Shown here: one piece after another, positions 46,993-56,119 of the stretch
Layout: the number at the start of each line of letters is the position of its first letter
How positions within the stretch are numbered: the stretch's first letter is position 1
Source of the DNA: Deltaproteobacteria bacterium GWA2_45_12
Lineage (GTDB): Bacteria; UBA10199
DNA length: 64,000 nt
Direction: 5' to 3'
Assembly: GCA_001797365.1 (NCBI GenBank)
Contig: MGPH01000028.1
Span: 5,687 to 69,686, forward strand
Notes under the pieces: model-generated
Told to the model about the DNA's origin: nothing
Seen by the model: the letters and a program-made list of their open reading frames with translations, nothing else
Database searches by the model: none
Program-made: the position numbers and the translations under genes

Positions 46993-48851
46993 TGTGGGCC
47001 CATTTTAAATGGTGGCCGATTTTGTTTTTGGTGCCCGGGCTCGCCCTTTTTTTAAGAAGCACTTACCAGTGGAGAAAAAAACGTCTTCAAAGCTTGATAG
47101 ATGCTCCCTTATGGCCTGAAGTTTTGCCAGGATGGGAACATCATCGTCTTCTTCCCAAGGGAATTCTTTGGGTTCTTGCTTTTACTTTTGTTTTGGTCGC
47201 CCTTTTACGCCCACAATGGGGATATGAGCTTAAAGAGGTACACCGAAAAGGGGTGGATATTTTTGTTTTGGTGGATGTTTCAAATTCAATGTTGGTTGAA
47301 GACATCAAACCAAACAGACTGGAACGTGCCAAGCGCGAACTTAAGGACCTTCTTGATTATCTTCATGGGGATCGCATTGGGCTTATTCCTTTTGCTGGCA
47401 AGGCCTATGTTGCTTGCCCCCTGACCAGTGATCATGAAGTTTTTTCCTTGTTCACAGATGAGCTTGATACAGAGCTTATTCCCACTCAAGGGACTAATAT
47501 GGAAGAAGCCTTCCAAAAAGCTCTGGAGGGTTTTGGGTCCAGCCCTTCGGGTTCAAGAACCATTATTTTGATGACCGATGGCGAATCGACAAGTGGAGCT
47601 TGGAATCAGGTGGTGGAGCGAGTTCAAAAAGAAGAGGTGAAGGTTTTTGTCATGGGTTTTGGCACGGAGGCCGGCGGCCCCATTCCCGAATCGAGTGGGG
47701 GAGGTTTTAAGAAGGATGAAAATGGGGGACTCGTCATTTCCAGACTGGATGAGGATTTTCTTGAAAATTTGGCCAAACAAACAGGGGGAACCTATGTTCA
47801 ATCGACAACCGATGATCGTGACATCGACTTGATTTATAAACAGGGGATAAAAAAAGTAACAGAAGAACAAGAATTCAAATCCGATCAAAAGCGCATTCCC
47901 CTCGAGCGTTTTCAGATTCCCCTGGGTCTTGGGTTTATTTTATTTTTAATCATTTTTCTTTTGCCCGATGTTTCAAGAATGGGAAAAATGTTTTTGGCTG
48001 TTTTTATTCTGGGGTCCTTGTTTTCAACTTCAAGCCATGCCTTTGCCCCCTGGGAAGCCCAAAAGGGAAACCGGTATTATCTGCAAAACAAATACGACAA
48101 GGCGGAAGAAGAATATTTAAAGGCCCTTTCAACAAACCAATCCCCCCGGTTTTATTATAATTTGGGAAACAGCTATTATCGTGAGGGCAAGTTTTTAGAG
48201 GCCGAAGGGGCTTACCTTAAATCGCTTGATTCGCCGGATGCCTCCTTGCGTGAAAAGGCCCTCTATAATCTGGGAAACACGCATTATAGGCAGGAGCATT
48301 TGAAGGAGGCCCTCGATTTTTATGAAAAAGCCCTTAAAAGCAATCCGAAGAACACGCAAGCCAAACTTAACCATGATTTTGTAAAAAAATTGTTGGAAGA
48401 GCAGAAAAATCAGGAAAATAAAGAAGAGGAAAAAAACGACCAGGAACAAAAAGACAATAAGGATTCATCATCAAATAATCAGGAAGAAAAAGAAGACCAA
48501 AAAAAATCAGGTGATTCTTCACAACCGGAAAATAAAAACTCTTCGGAGAACCAGAAAAAAGAAGAAGCTGAGCAGAAAAAGGAGAATGAGACAAAGCAGA
48601 ATGAAGGTGAAGAAAAAAAGGATGAACAAAAGCAAAACATGGATCATAATCCCCCCTCACAAACAGAGGGAGGGCAGGGGGAACAAAATGATGGCGCCAT
48701 GGGCAAATCCGGAAGCGGTTCGCAAGGAGTGAGTCAAAAAGAAGCCCAGCGACGGCTTGATTCGTTGGAAGATACGCCAGGAAAATCATTGCGTGAAATG
48801 ATCCAAAAAGATTTGGGAAGGCATCCTCGCCAACCCGAAAAGGATTGGTAG
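46989..48851 (+). CDS. BatB-like vWA + TPR protein with K/E/Q-rich C-terminal tail
   Basis: VLVDVSNSM MIDAS motif. TPR repeats (YYNLGNSYYREGKF..). Low-complexity tail. Confidence 0.8.
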   Translation: MMWAHFKWWPILFLVPGLALFLRSTYQWRKKRLQSLIDAPLWPEVLPGWEHHRLLPKGILWVLAFTFVLVALLRPQWGYELKEVHRKGVDIFVLVDVSNSMLVEDIKPNRLERAKRELKDLLDYLHGDRIGLIPFAGKAYVACPLTSDHEVFSLFTDELDTELIPTQGTNMEEAFQKALEGFGSSPSGSRTIILMTDGESTSGAWNQVVERVQKEEVKVFVMGFGTEAGGPIPESSGGGFKKDENGGLVISRLDEDFLENLAKQTGGTYVQSTTDDRDIDLIYKQGIKKVTEEQEFKSDQKRIPLERFQIPLGLGFILFLIIFLLPDVSRMGKMFLAVFILGSLFSTSSHAFAPWEAQKGNRYYLQNKYDKAEEEYLKALSTNQSPRFYYNLGNSYYREGKFLEAEGAYLKSLDSPDASLREKALYNLGNTHYRQEHLKEALDFYEKALKSNPKNTQAKLNHDFVKKLLEEQKNQENKEEEKNDQEQKDNKDSSSNNQEEKEDQKKSGDSSQPENKNSSENQKKEEAEQKKENETKQNEGEEKKDEQKQNMDHNPPSQTEGGQGEQNDGAMGKSGSGSQGVSQKEAQRRLDSLEDTPGKSLREMIQKDLGRHPRQPEKDW

Positions 48852-50674
48852 TTTTTGTTATGAAAAAATATTTTTTATTTTTTATTTTTATTTCCCAGAT
48901 ATTTTTTCATGCGCCTGAAAGCCGGGCTGATGTTTCTGTTCAAGCTGCGATCGATCCATCCCGGGCGAGCCTTGAAGATGAGCTCACTCTTACCGTGACG
49001 GTTTCAGGGAGTATGCAGGCCACTGAACCCAGCCTTCCTTCCATGGCCGCTTTCAAGGTTATTCCATCGGGGACTTCCACCAGCTTTCAAATCATCAATG
49101 GGCAAGTGGGTAGCCAGAAAGCCTATAGTTACATCCTTATTCCCACACAGGAAGGTCATTTTAATATGGGAGGAGTTAGTGTCTTTCTTAACGGAAAAGA
49201 ATACACTTCCAATCCTCTTGAAGTGACCATTAGTAAATCCCCCCATGTTCCCTCTGGAAAACCCGCACAACAACCGGATCAAGTGCCTACTGATGAAGAT
49301 GCCCAAACCTATCTTGATCGCACACAAAGAAATATGGCTGATTTGAAGCCCTATTGGATCGAAGCTGGGCTCACCAATAAAAATCCCTTTGTCAATGAGC
49401 AGATCCTTTACACTTTCAAGTTTTATACTTTGGTAAATGTGGGGCAGGCCCAATTAAGTTTGCCCGAGTTCAAGGATTTTTGGTCGGAAGAGGTTGTCCC
49501 CGAAAAAAAATATTACACCACCCTCTCCGGGCAAAAATATGTTGTGAGCGAAAAAATAATCGCTCTTTTACCCTTGCGTTCAGGGGATCTTTCCATTCCT
49601 GAGACAAGTCTAAGGGTAGAGGTGCCTGACCAAAGGGCGGATTCATTTTTTAATGACCCTTTTTTCCGTATGGGCAGGCTCAATATGCGCCCCAAAAATT
49701 TGGTGGCTCCCGCCCTTGATCTTAAAATAAAACCATGGCCTGAACCCCAACCCCCTGATTTTTCAAATCTCGTAGGTGAATTCTCCTTAAAAACCTCCCT
49801 TTCATCCGAAAATATTTCAATGGATGATTCGGCGACCCTCACCCTTGAAGTGACGGGCAAGGGAAATATTAAGGACGCCAAGCTTGTTTTGCCCGAAACT
49901 CTGGATGATTTTAAAATATATGATGACAAACCAGCCCTGGATGTCACTCATGCCGAGGATGGCTTGCAGGGTAAAAAAGTATTCAAGGTAGCCCTTGTTC
50001 CCCAAAGAGAGGGAGTCTTTCAAATTCCTCCTTTTTCATTAAGTGTGCTCGATCCTAAAACAGGAAATTATGTCCCCTTAACCGGTTCTCCCTTCACTCT
50101 TCATGTCAAAGGAGGATCGGCCTCTTCTGTTTTGCCCATCCAGAGACCGGGTTCAGACCGGTCCATCCTTGTTTCCAATGAAGATTTAGCTCCCATTCAT
50201 GATGAATGGGGAAGAGCCAAGGCAAAAGAATTGAGTCGGCAATTTTTGCTGTTTTTATTTTTCATTCCCGCTTTTCTTGTTTTATTTGTTTATGTTTTTC
50301 AGAAAAGAAAAAAGTATCTGGAGGCCCATGAAAATGAATATAGGACAAGAAAAGCACTGGCGGTTTTTAAAAAATCAATGCGCAAGGCGGCTTCCTTAAG
50401 TGATCTTAGGGAAAGACAGGCTTGTCATCTGGAGGCTGTTCGCACTTATGTGCGCAATCGCATGGGGCTTGAACAAATAGGGTTGACACTTCAGGAAATG
50501 ATGCGTTTTCTGGAAACCAAAAGTATCAGGCAGGATAAAAAGGCAGAATTTGAAAAAATACTGCTTGGTTTTGAGAAAACTTGCTATGGCGGGCATGTTC
50601 CCCAAAAGACAGAATTGGATCAATGGGCCCCACGTTTAACCAAACTTATAGAACAGATTGACAAGAAACTATAA
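48845..50674 (+). CDS. BatD-like (oxygen tolerance) protein
   Basis: Signal peptide, large extracytoplasmic region, and a C-terminal TM helix. Confidence 0.7.
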   Translation: MVVFVMKKYFLFFIFISQIFFHAPESRADVSVQAAIDPSRASLEDELTLTVTVSGSMQATEPSLPSMAAFKVIPSGTSTSFQIINGQVGSQKAYSYILIPTQEGHFNMGGVSVFLNGKEYTSNPLEVTISKSPHVPSGKPAQQPDQVPTDEDAQTYLDRTQRNMADLKPYWIEAGLTNKNPFVNEQILYTFKFYTLVNVGQAQLSLPEFKDFWSEEVVPEKKYYTTLSGQKYVVSEKIIALLPLRSGDLSIPETSLRVEVPDQRADSFFNDPFFRMGRLNMRPKNLVAPALDLKIKPWPEPQPPDFSNLVGEFSLKTSLSSENISMDDSATLTLEVTGKGNIKDAKLVLPETLDDFKIYDDKPALDVTHAEDGLQGKKVFKVALVPQREGVFQIPPFSLSVLDPKTGNYVPLTGSPFTLHVKGGSASSVLPIQRPGSDRSILVSNEDLAPIHDEWGRAKAKELSRQFLLFLFFIPAFLVLFVYVFQKRKKYLEAHENEYRTRKALAVFKKSMRKAASLSDLRERQACHLEAVRTYVRNRMGLEQIGLTLQEMMRFLETKSIRQDKKAEFEKILLGFEKTCYGGHVPQKTELDQWAPRLTKLIEQIDKKL

Positions 50675-51439
50675 ATGAAACCCTATTATTTGATATTTTT
50701 ATTGATTCTTTTTTCAGGCTCCCTTTTTGCCGATACGCCCGATCCTCTGTTTATCCAAGCCAACAAGGCCTATATCTCCAAAAATTATGAGGAGGCTTTC
50801 CAGGCTTATGAAACTTTGATCAAGAAAGGGGAGGCGGGGGCCTTTGTCTACGGGAATGCAGCCAATTCGGCCTATTATCTTGACCGCATGGGTCTGGCCC
50901 TGCTTTATTCCAAAAAAGCCCTCATGCGTGCTCCCAGAGATGCCGATTTAAGGGCCAATCATTATTTCATTCTGCAGCATACACATGCGACAAACAATAC
51001 GTCTTTGAATATAGAATCCGTGATCGAAAAAACTTTTTTCTGGAGCAGTTACTTGACTGGTCATGAACTTTGGCTGGTCACTTTAAGTGCTTATTTTCTT
51101 CTGTGTTTGTTTGTTATTCTATTTTTGGTTTTTAGAAAGAACATCCTTAAAAAAGGATTTTTTTTCTCATTTATCTTGTTTCTCTTGTGCCTTTCTGGAT
51201 TATTGACGAATTTGCTTTTTTTATATAACCCCCAGGATCACTACATTGTAGAAAAACAAGTTCCTGTTTATCCCTCTTTTGTATCTTCTGAACCATCCGA
51301 TGTTTTAGCTGACGGGACCAAGGTAAGGGTGAAGGTTAAACATGGTATGGGAGAAGGGGACCAGTGGCTTTTTATTCATTATGGAAATGGTAAAAAGGGA
51401 TGGCTTAGATCCGTGCAGGCACTTCCGATAAATTTATGA
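50675..51439 (+). CDS. BatE-like TPR / SH3b membrane protein
   Basis: TPR N-terminus, TM segments, and a C-terminal SH3-like GWLRSVQ region. Confidence 0.6.
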   Translation: MKPYYLIFLLILFSGSLFADTPDPLFIQANKAYISKNYEEAFQAYETLIKKGEAGAFVYGNAANSAYYLDRMGLALLYSKKALMRAPRDADLRANHYFILQHTHATNNTSLNIESVIEKTFFWSSYLTGHELWLVTLSAYFLLCLFVILFLVFRKNILKKGFFFSFILFLLCLSGLLTNLLFLYNPQDHYIVEKQVPVYPSFVSSEPSDVLADGTKVRVKVKHGMGEGDQWLFIHYGNGKKGWLRSVQALPINL

Positions 51440-52269
51440 GCAAACCCACCCAGTCCTATTTTAAATCACACGATCATCATCGCTTATACTATGAAACCTG
51501 GGGCCACGATAAACCCAGGGGGACGCTTATCTTTGTTCATGGCCTTAACGAACATTCAGGGCGATATGCCCATGTGGCCGATTATTTTCAGAAAAGAGAT
51601 TACAATGTCTATCTCTTTGATCACCGCGGACACGGAAAATCCGATGGTTTGCGCAGTTTTGCGGATGATTTTTCCCATTACCTCAAAGATGTGGATGAAT
51701 TTGTTCATTTGGTCTTTAAAACGGAACGGGATCACAAGGTTTTTCTTGTGGGTCACAGTATGGGAGGGCAGATCGTTTTAAATTACCTGGCCAAATATCG
51801 TTCACGTCTGTCCGGTTTTGTCACGTTTTCCCCCAATATACTTACTGTTCTCAAAATTCCTTTTCTTAAAAAGTGGATCGGATTGAAACTGGCTTGTTTC
51901 ATGCCCAAATTTTCGGTCGTCAACGAAATTGATTGCCGCTTCATTTCTCACGATCCCAAAGTGGTTGAAGCTTATGAAAATGACCCGCTTGTTTCAAAAA
52001 AAATAACCCTGGGCCTGGCCAAAGAGCTTTATGAAAACCAGAAGGATATCTTGAAGCTGGCCTATCGCATTCACATTCCGGCCCTCATGATGCATGGAAG
52101 CGGGGATCAAATCTGCCATGTGGATGGCAGCAAGAAATTTTTTAGAAGACTTGCTTCGGAAGATAAAACGCTCAAGATTTTTGAGGGCTTTTATCATGAA
52201 TTGTTTAATGAGCCCGAGAAAAATCAGGTGTTAAAATTCATGGAAGATTGGCTTGCCAAAAGAACTTAG
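51436..52269 (+). CDS. alpha/beta hydrolase (lysophospholipase / monoacylglycerol lipase-like)
   Basis: HGLNEHSGRY ... GHSMGG nucleophile elbow. Confidence 0.8.
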   Translation: MSKPTQSYFKSHDHHRLYYETWGHDKPRGTLIFVHGLNEHSGRYAHVADYFQKRDYNVYLFDHRGHGKSDGLRSFADDFSHYLKDVDEFVHLVFKTERDHKVFLVGHSMGGQIVLNYLAKYRSRLSGFVTFSPNILTVLKIPFLKKWIGLKLACFMPKFSVVNEIDCRFISHDPKVVEAYENDPLVSKKITLGLAKELYENQKDILKLAYRIHIPALMMHGSGDQICHVDGSKKFFRRLASEDKTLKIFEGFYHELFNEPEKNQVLKFMEDWLAKRT

Positions 52270-52478
52270 TCCTTTGACAAATTGATATAGATCCAATCTT
52301 CAAAAGCGTCAAAAAAATATCAGAACGGCAGTTTTTTCATGTCCATTCTTTGGTCTTAAATAGACATCCCTCTGTAAGTTCTTCATTTCTCCCACATTTT
52401 ATTTTTCATTTTATGGCAAATATTTTGCTTCACTGGGAAGCTGTGTCATGGGGGGGGAATCCTTTATAAGGGGGCATC

Positions 52479-54707
52479 ATGAAAAATTTTTTTTCTTTTT
52501 TCCAAAATAAATTTTGGGTTATTCCACTCATCATGATCATGGCCACGGCCAATTGCAGTAGCAGCAGTGATGGCAGTAGCAGCGGCTCCAGCGATGGTTT
52601 ATCAGTTGAAGCCAGCGTCTCGCAACCTTCGACCAATGTTTCTGCGCTCAAATTACCTTCGGGAGTGAGGGGCCTCATGATGCAGGCGGCCGTGACAGAA
52701 GCCTCTGCTGAAGGAATTGTAGTCCATGCCGAAGACACGGCGGGAACCGAGATAGGAACTCCTTGTACAACGGATTCCACTGGAACATGCGATGTCACAG
52801 GGCTCACCAGCGCCCAACTTGAGGCGGGCATCGTTTTAGTGGCGGAAGACGCCGAGGGCGTCCCCATCCATGCCTACCAGGAATATGAAGCCGCGGATGT
52901 CACCGCCGCTGAAGCCAGCGGTGACGCCCTAGCCGCCCCTGTCAATACCGAAACCGACGCGGCTTACGGGGTGCTTGAATATTTTTGCAACGATGATTTG
53001 GCCAATTGCACGGGCTCGGAGGATAGCTTGACGGTGAACCGCGATTGCATTGTGCAGGCCACATCCGCCCTCATGGGGGATGATGACCCTTCGACGGATG
53101 ATCTGGGTGGTTATGCCGAAGCTCTGTATGAAGCGCATGCCAATGCCATCGCCGGTGCTACGGCCGGTGCCAACCCGGCCGATCTCATGAGGGAGGCCTT
53201 GGGTGGGGATCCGACGGGATTCACAGGCACAGCCGGCACAACCGTGGGGGATGATGACATTCCCGTGGAGGATTCCATTGAGAACTTTGTGATCATGATG
53301 GATACAATCCGGGATAGTTTTTGCGCCGCAGCCGCAGGTGCGGAAACGACTTATGAAACGACCCACACAGAAGCCGGCACTGAGTTTGACCCTGCCGCCA
53401 TGGTGGGCATGTTCCGATATTTCACACCGGATGAAATCGGGGAATATGAAGTGGAGGATTTCCGTGGTTTTGCCGGGGCCCTTCCCGCGTTGGATGGGGG
53501 CTTTAGGATCTTTGATCACCCCGAAGCCAGGAGGACCGCAGTCAACATGTTTAGAAACGGCGGCTTTGCGGATCCCACCAAAGCCGGGGCAGCCCTTGGC
53601 TTTATGGGCGCCACCTTTCCACCGCCGGCAATCGCAGGGGATTGGGAAAACATCCCCTGGGGCGGCACCTTTGATTACGAGGCCAGCGCCCGGGCAGCCG
53701 CTCTGGGTTGGCTAGAGATGGGCGATGATGCAGCCACGTTTGACCCTTCCACCATCCGGGATAAGTTTAACACCACATTCTCGGATGCCGGCCATAGGCA
53801 GGCCATTCTTGTGGGCGGTTCTTCGGCCATCGGAGACTTTATCGGCGGCTTCGTCAACGACCCGAATAATTTCGTGCCGGCCAACCACTTGGGGGAAATC
53901 AAAGCCCCTCCGGGAGGAGCTTGCGAGGACGATGATGATTGCCTCCCCTGTGATAATTGCTCCAATGATGTGTGCACCTCCCTTTCAACCACCATGGGTT
54001 CCTCCTGCACCGATGATGATAATTGCGACAGTGTCACCACCTGCGTCGGGGGTTTTATTAGCTCCTTTGGTGGGCATTGCATGTGCACCGCGGGCGTCCC
54101 GACAGGCGCTCCCGTGGGTGGAGGCGCAGGGTTCTTCGGTGTTACGGATGGCTTTGGACCACCCGCTGACGGCGGAGAGGGTGCTCCTTGCGGCACGGAT
54201 TTGCCGGCCTGCAATGGCGGGCGGCAGTGCAGTGGGCAAGACCATGGCGTTTGCATCGGGGGCACCTTCAAAAAAGGACCCTTTGCCCCGTGCACAGCGG
54301 ATGCCGAATGTTTCTCCGATGATTGTAGCGACTCAGGCATTTGTACAGCCGATGGGGACATCGCTGGGACAAAAGCCGTGGGCCAAGGTTGCTCCGGGCC
54401 AGCGGAATGCTCCACTTTCTTTTGCCAAGCTGGCCTCTGTGCCATTCCTGATCATATCAATGATGATCATGCCCTAGGCACCAATGACAAAAAGGCTGAT
54501 GGCGAGAGCTGCATCACACCCTTTGAATGCGCTTCCTTCGTCTGCGCAGGTAGCCCTTTAACCTGTCAACCGGGTGGCGGCGGTCAGGGCCAACCTCCGG
54601 TGCCTCCTTCAAACTTGCCCACGGGAGCCTTCTGCATCGATGATGATGAATGCTTGTCGGGCAATTGTGGGTTTAACCCGAATACACATCAGAATAGTTG
54701 CGAATAA
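52479..54707 (+). CDS. large secreted/lipoprotein acidic Gly/Ala/Thr-rich protein with C-terminal Cys-rich repeats; compositionally GC-rich
   Basis: Signal peptide plus CSSSS linker. About 16 repeats of C-x3-5-[DE]C-x-S-x2-3-C-x1-3-G-x-C. GC is about 58-65% against about 43% background. Confidence 0.6.
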   Translation: MKNFFSFFQNKFWVIPLIMIMATANCSSSSDGSSSGSSDGLSVEASVSQPSTNVSALKLPSGVRGLMMQAAVTEASAEGIVVHAEDTAGTEIGTPCTTDSTGTCDVTGLTSAQLEAGIVLVAEDAEGVPIHAYQEYEAADVTAAEASGDALAAPVNTETDAAYGVLEYFCNDDLANCTGSEDSLTVNRDCIVQATSALMGDDDPSTDDLGGYAEALYEAHANAIAGATAGANPADLMREALGGDPTGFTGTAGTTVGDDDIPVEDSIENFVIMMDTIRDSFCAAAAGAETTYETTHTEAGTEFDPAAMVGMFRYFTPDEIGEYEVEDFRGFAGALPALDGGFRIFDHPEARRTAVNMFRNGGFADPTKAGAALGFMGATFPPPAIAGDWENIPWGGTFDYEASARAAALGWLEMGDDAATFDPSTIRDKFNTTFSDAGHRQAILVGGSSAIGDFIGGFVNDPNNFVPANHLGEIKAPPGGACEDDDDCLPCDNCSNDVCTSLSTTMGSSCTDDDNCDSVTTCVGGFISSFGGHCMCTAGVPTGAPVGGGAGFFGVTDGFGPPADGGEGAPCGTDLPACNGGRQCSGQDHGVCIGGTFKKGPFAPCTADAECFSDDCSDSGICTADGDIAGTKAVGQGCSGPAECSTFFCQAGLCAIPDHINDDHALGTNDKKADGESCITPFECASFVCAGSPLTCQPGGGGQGQPPVPPSNLPTGAFCIDDDECLSGNCGFNPNTHQNSCE

Positions 54708-54723
54708 ATAGAATAAGTCCCCC

Positions 54724-54757
54724 TAACCCCCTCTTACAGCTAAGAGGGGGCGACGGG
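54724..54757. repeat. hairpin element taaccccctcttacagctaagagggggcgacggg (terminator-like, no T-run)
   Basis: Copy of the 45650-45683 element. Located 3' of the 52479 gene. Confidence 0.7.
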
Positions 54758-54879
54758 TTCATCTCTAACCCGCATTTCTCACCGTAACGATTTTTCTGAA
54801 AAACTGGTTTGAAAATCAGCGGTGATGACTCATATTCCCTCTCCAAACCACCGTAATATTAACCCTGAAAAAAACTCAG

Positions 54880-56118
54880 TCATTTCACCAATTCCAGTTC
54901 ACGGGCACTGGCCAAGGCGGCCAGGCGGCACAAAAAGCGGGACACGTTGACGACATGTTCCTTTTCCTGACAATCCAAAAAATACGATTCATGGGGTTCG
55001 TCGAGTTTGTGGAGGCAGAGGCATGAAAAACTCATACCGGGAGCGTTCAAGCTTTCAAATTCATTTTTGGATTCATGGACCCTGAAAAAACCACCCACAT
55101 CATGGGCCCCCACAGCATAAATGACGGGCTCCACCGGGAATCCACTGTATTTGTCAATGGTGGGGATCCCTTCCTGTAATAAATAATTGGAAGCCGTCAT
55201 CCCCCCTTTGGCAGACATGAGTTTGTTTTTCTTTTTTCGATTAAACAAAAGAATGTCTTCTCCTGAAAAAACGGCAGCCAATCCCATGCCATAAGTTCCC
55301 GTGTTGTTTTTAATGTAAACATAGGGAACTTCTTTTATTTGATATTGATTATATTTGTCACCGATCTTGCTGATAAGAGCATCTACCTGAGTGGCCAGCT
55401 TGTTTATCGAGTTGGCATCATTAAAATCAAGTGGGGCACTTACATCAAAGAAGGCATTGATCATCCATGGATCCAAGTTAAATTCCTTGCAAAAGGAGTC
55501 TGTGATTTCTTTTAGCAAAGAAAAGTGTCTGCTTTTTCTTCTTTGATGCCACCCTAAGGCGGGGTGGGGAATGATGGATTGGTCTAGCCCTTTGAGGATT
55601 TCCGGGATTCCTGTGGAGAAATCGTTGTTCGAAAGAATGAGATCGGGAACAAAATTTCCCGCCCGTACTAGATTCTTCTCACGAGACAATTTAAAGAGGG
55701 TCAGTTTTCCTTCATCCACTGAAACTTCAAGGGTGTTGTTTCCAATGTCGTTGCCTATGATGGCAAATTCAATTTCATGGATATCGCTAGAGAGAAGTTT
55801 TTTTAAGTGGAGAAGGTTTAAAAGATAAAACTTGTTTCGTGTGTGATCCTCGGCCAGTAAAACTATTTTTTTTACGTGGGGAAAATAATCTTCCAGATAA
55901 CACTTGAAGGCAAGGGCCGTCTGCCTGGAAAAGGCCGTGCATAAATTGTTGAACCCGGCCGGGAAGAGATTGGAGTCAACCACCCCTATTTTAAAACCGG
56001 AATGACGAATATCGCATGAAAGATAAATATTGGGCCTTAAGTTTTTCCATTGAGCTTCAAACCAGTTGGCCACATCCTTTTGTTTTATCCCCAGTATGTT
56101 TTGAATGATATCCAGCAT
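54880..56118 (-). CDS. hypothetical protein, possible carboxylate-amine ligase (GshA-like?)
   Basis: 412 aa with no motif I can name with confidence. Co-oriented with and 2 nt downstream of glnE. Confidence 0.4.
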   Translation of the reverse strand: MLDIIQNILGIKQKDVANWFEAQWKNLRPNIYLSCDIRHSGFKIGVVDSNLFPAGFNNLCTAFSRQTALAFKCYLEDYFPHVKKIVLLAEDHTRNKFYLLNLLHLKKLLSSDIHEIEFAIIGNDIGNNTLEVSVDEGKLTLFKLSREKNLVRAGNFVPDLILSNNDFSTGIPEILKGLDQSIIPHPALGWHQRRKSRHFSLLKEITDSFCKEFNLDPWMINAFFDVSAPLDFNDANSINKLATQVDALISKIGDKYNQYQIKEVPYVYIKNNTGTYGMGLAAVFSGEDILLFNRKKKNKLMSAKGGMTASNYLLQEGIPTIDKYSGFPVEPVIYAVGAHDVGGFFRVHESKNEFESLNAPGMSFSCLCLHKLDEPHESYFLDCQEKEHVVNVSRFLCRLAALASARELELVK

Positions 56119-56119
56119 T

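Noticed and set aside
48390-48851. The K/E/Q/N-rich low-complexity tail of BatB as a separate gene or repeat protein.
   Set aside because: It is continuous with the BatB frame and typical of a disordered C-terminal extension. The overlapping ORFs (48195..48449 -, 48367..48789 -, 48511..48732 +) are frame artefacts of the purine-rich sequence.
52929-54477. Long ORFs on other frames and the opposite strand (52929..53519 -, 53675..54445 -, 53725..54477 +) overlapping the Cys-rich gene.
   Set aside because: They are artefacts of the high local GC content (few stop codons). Their translations are Ala/Pro/Gly-rich nonsense, and they overlap a clearly structured forward gene.
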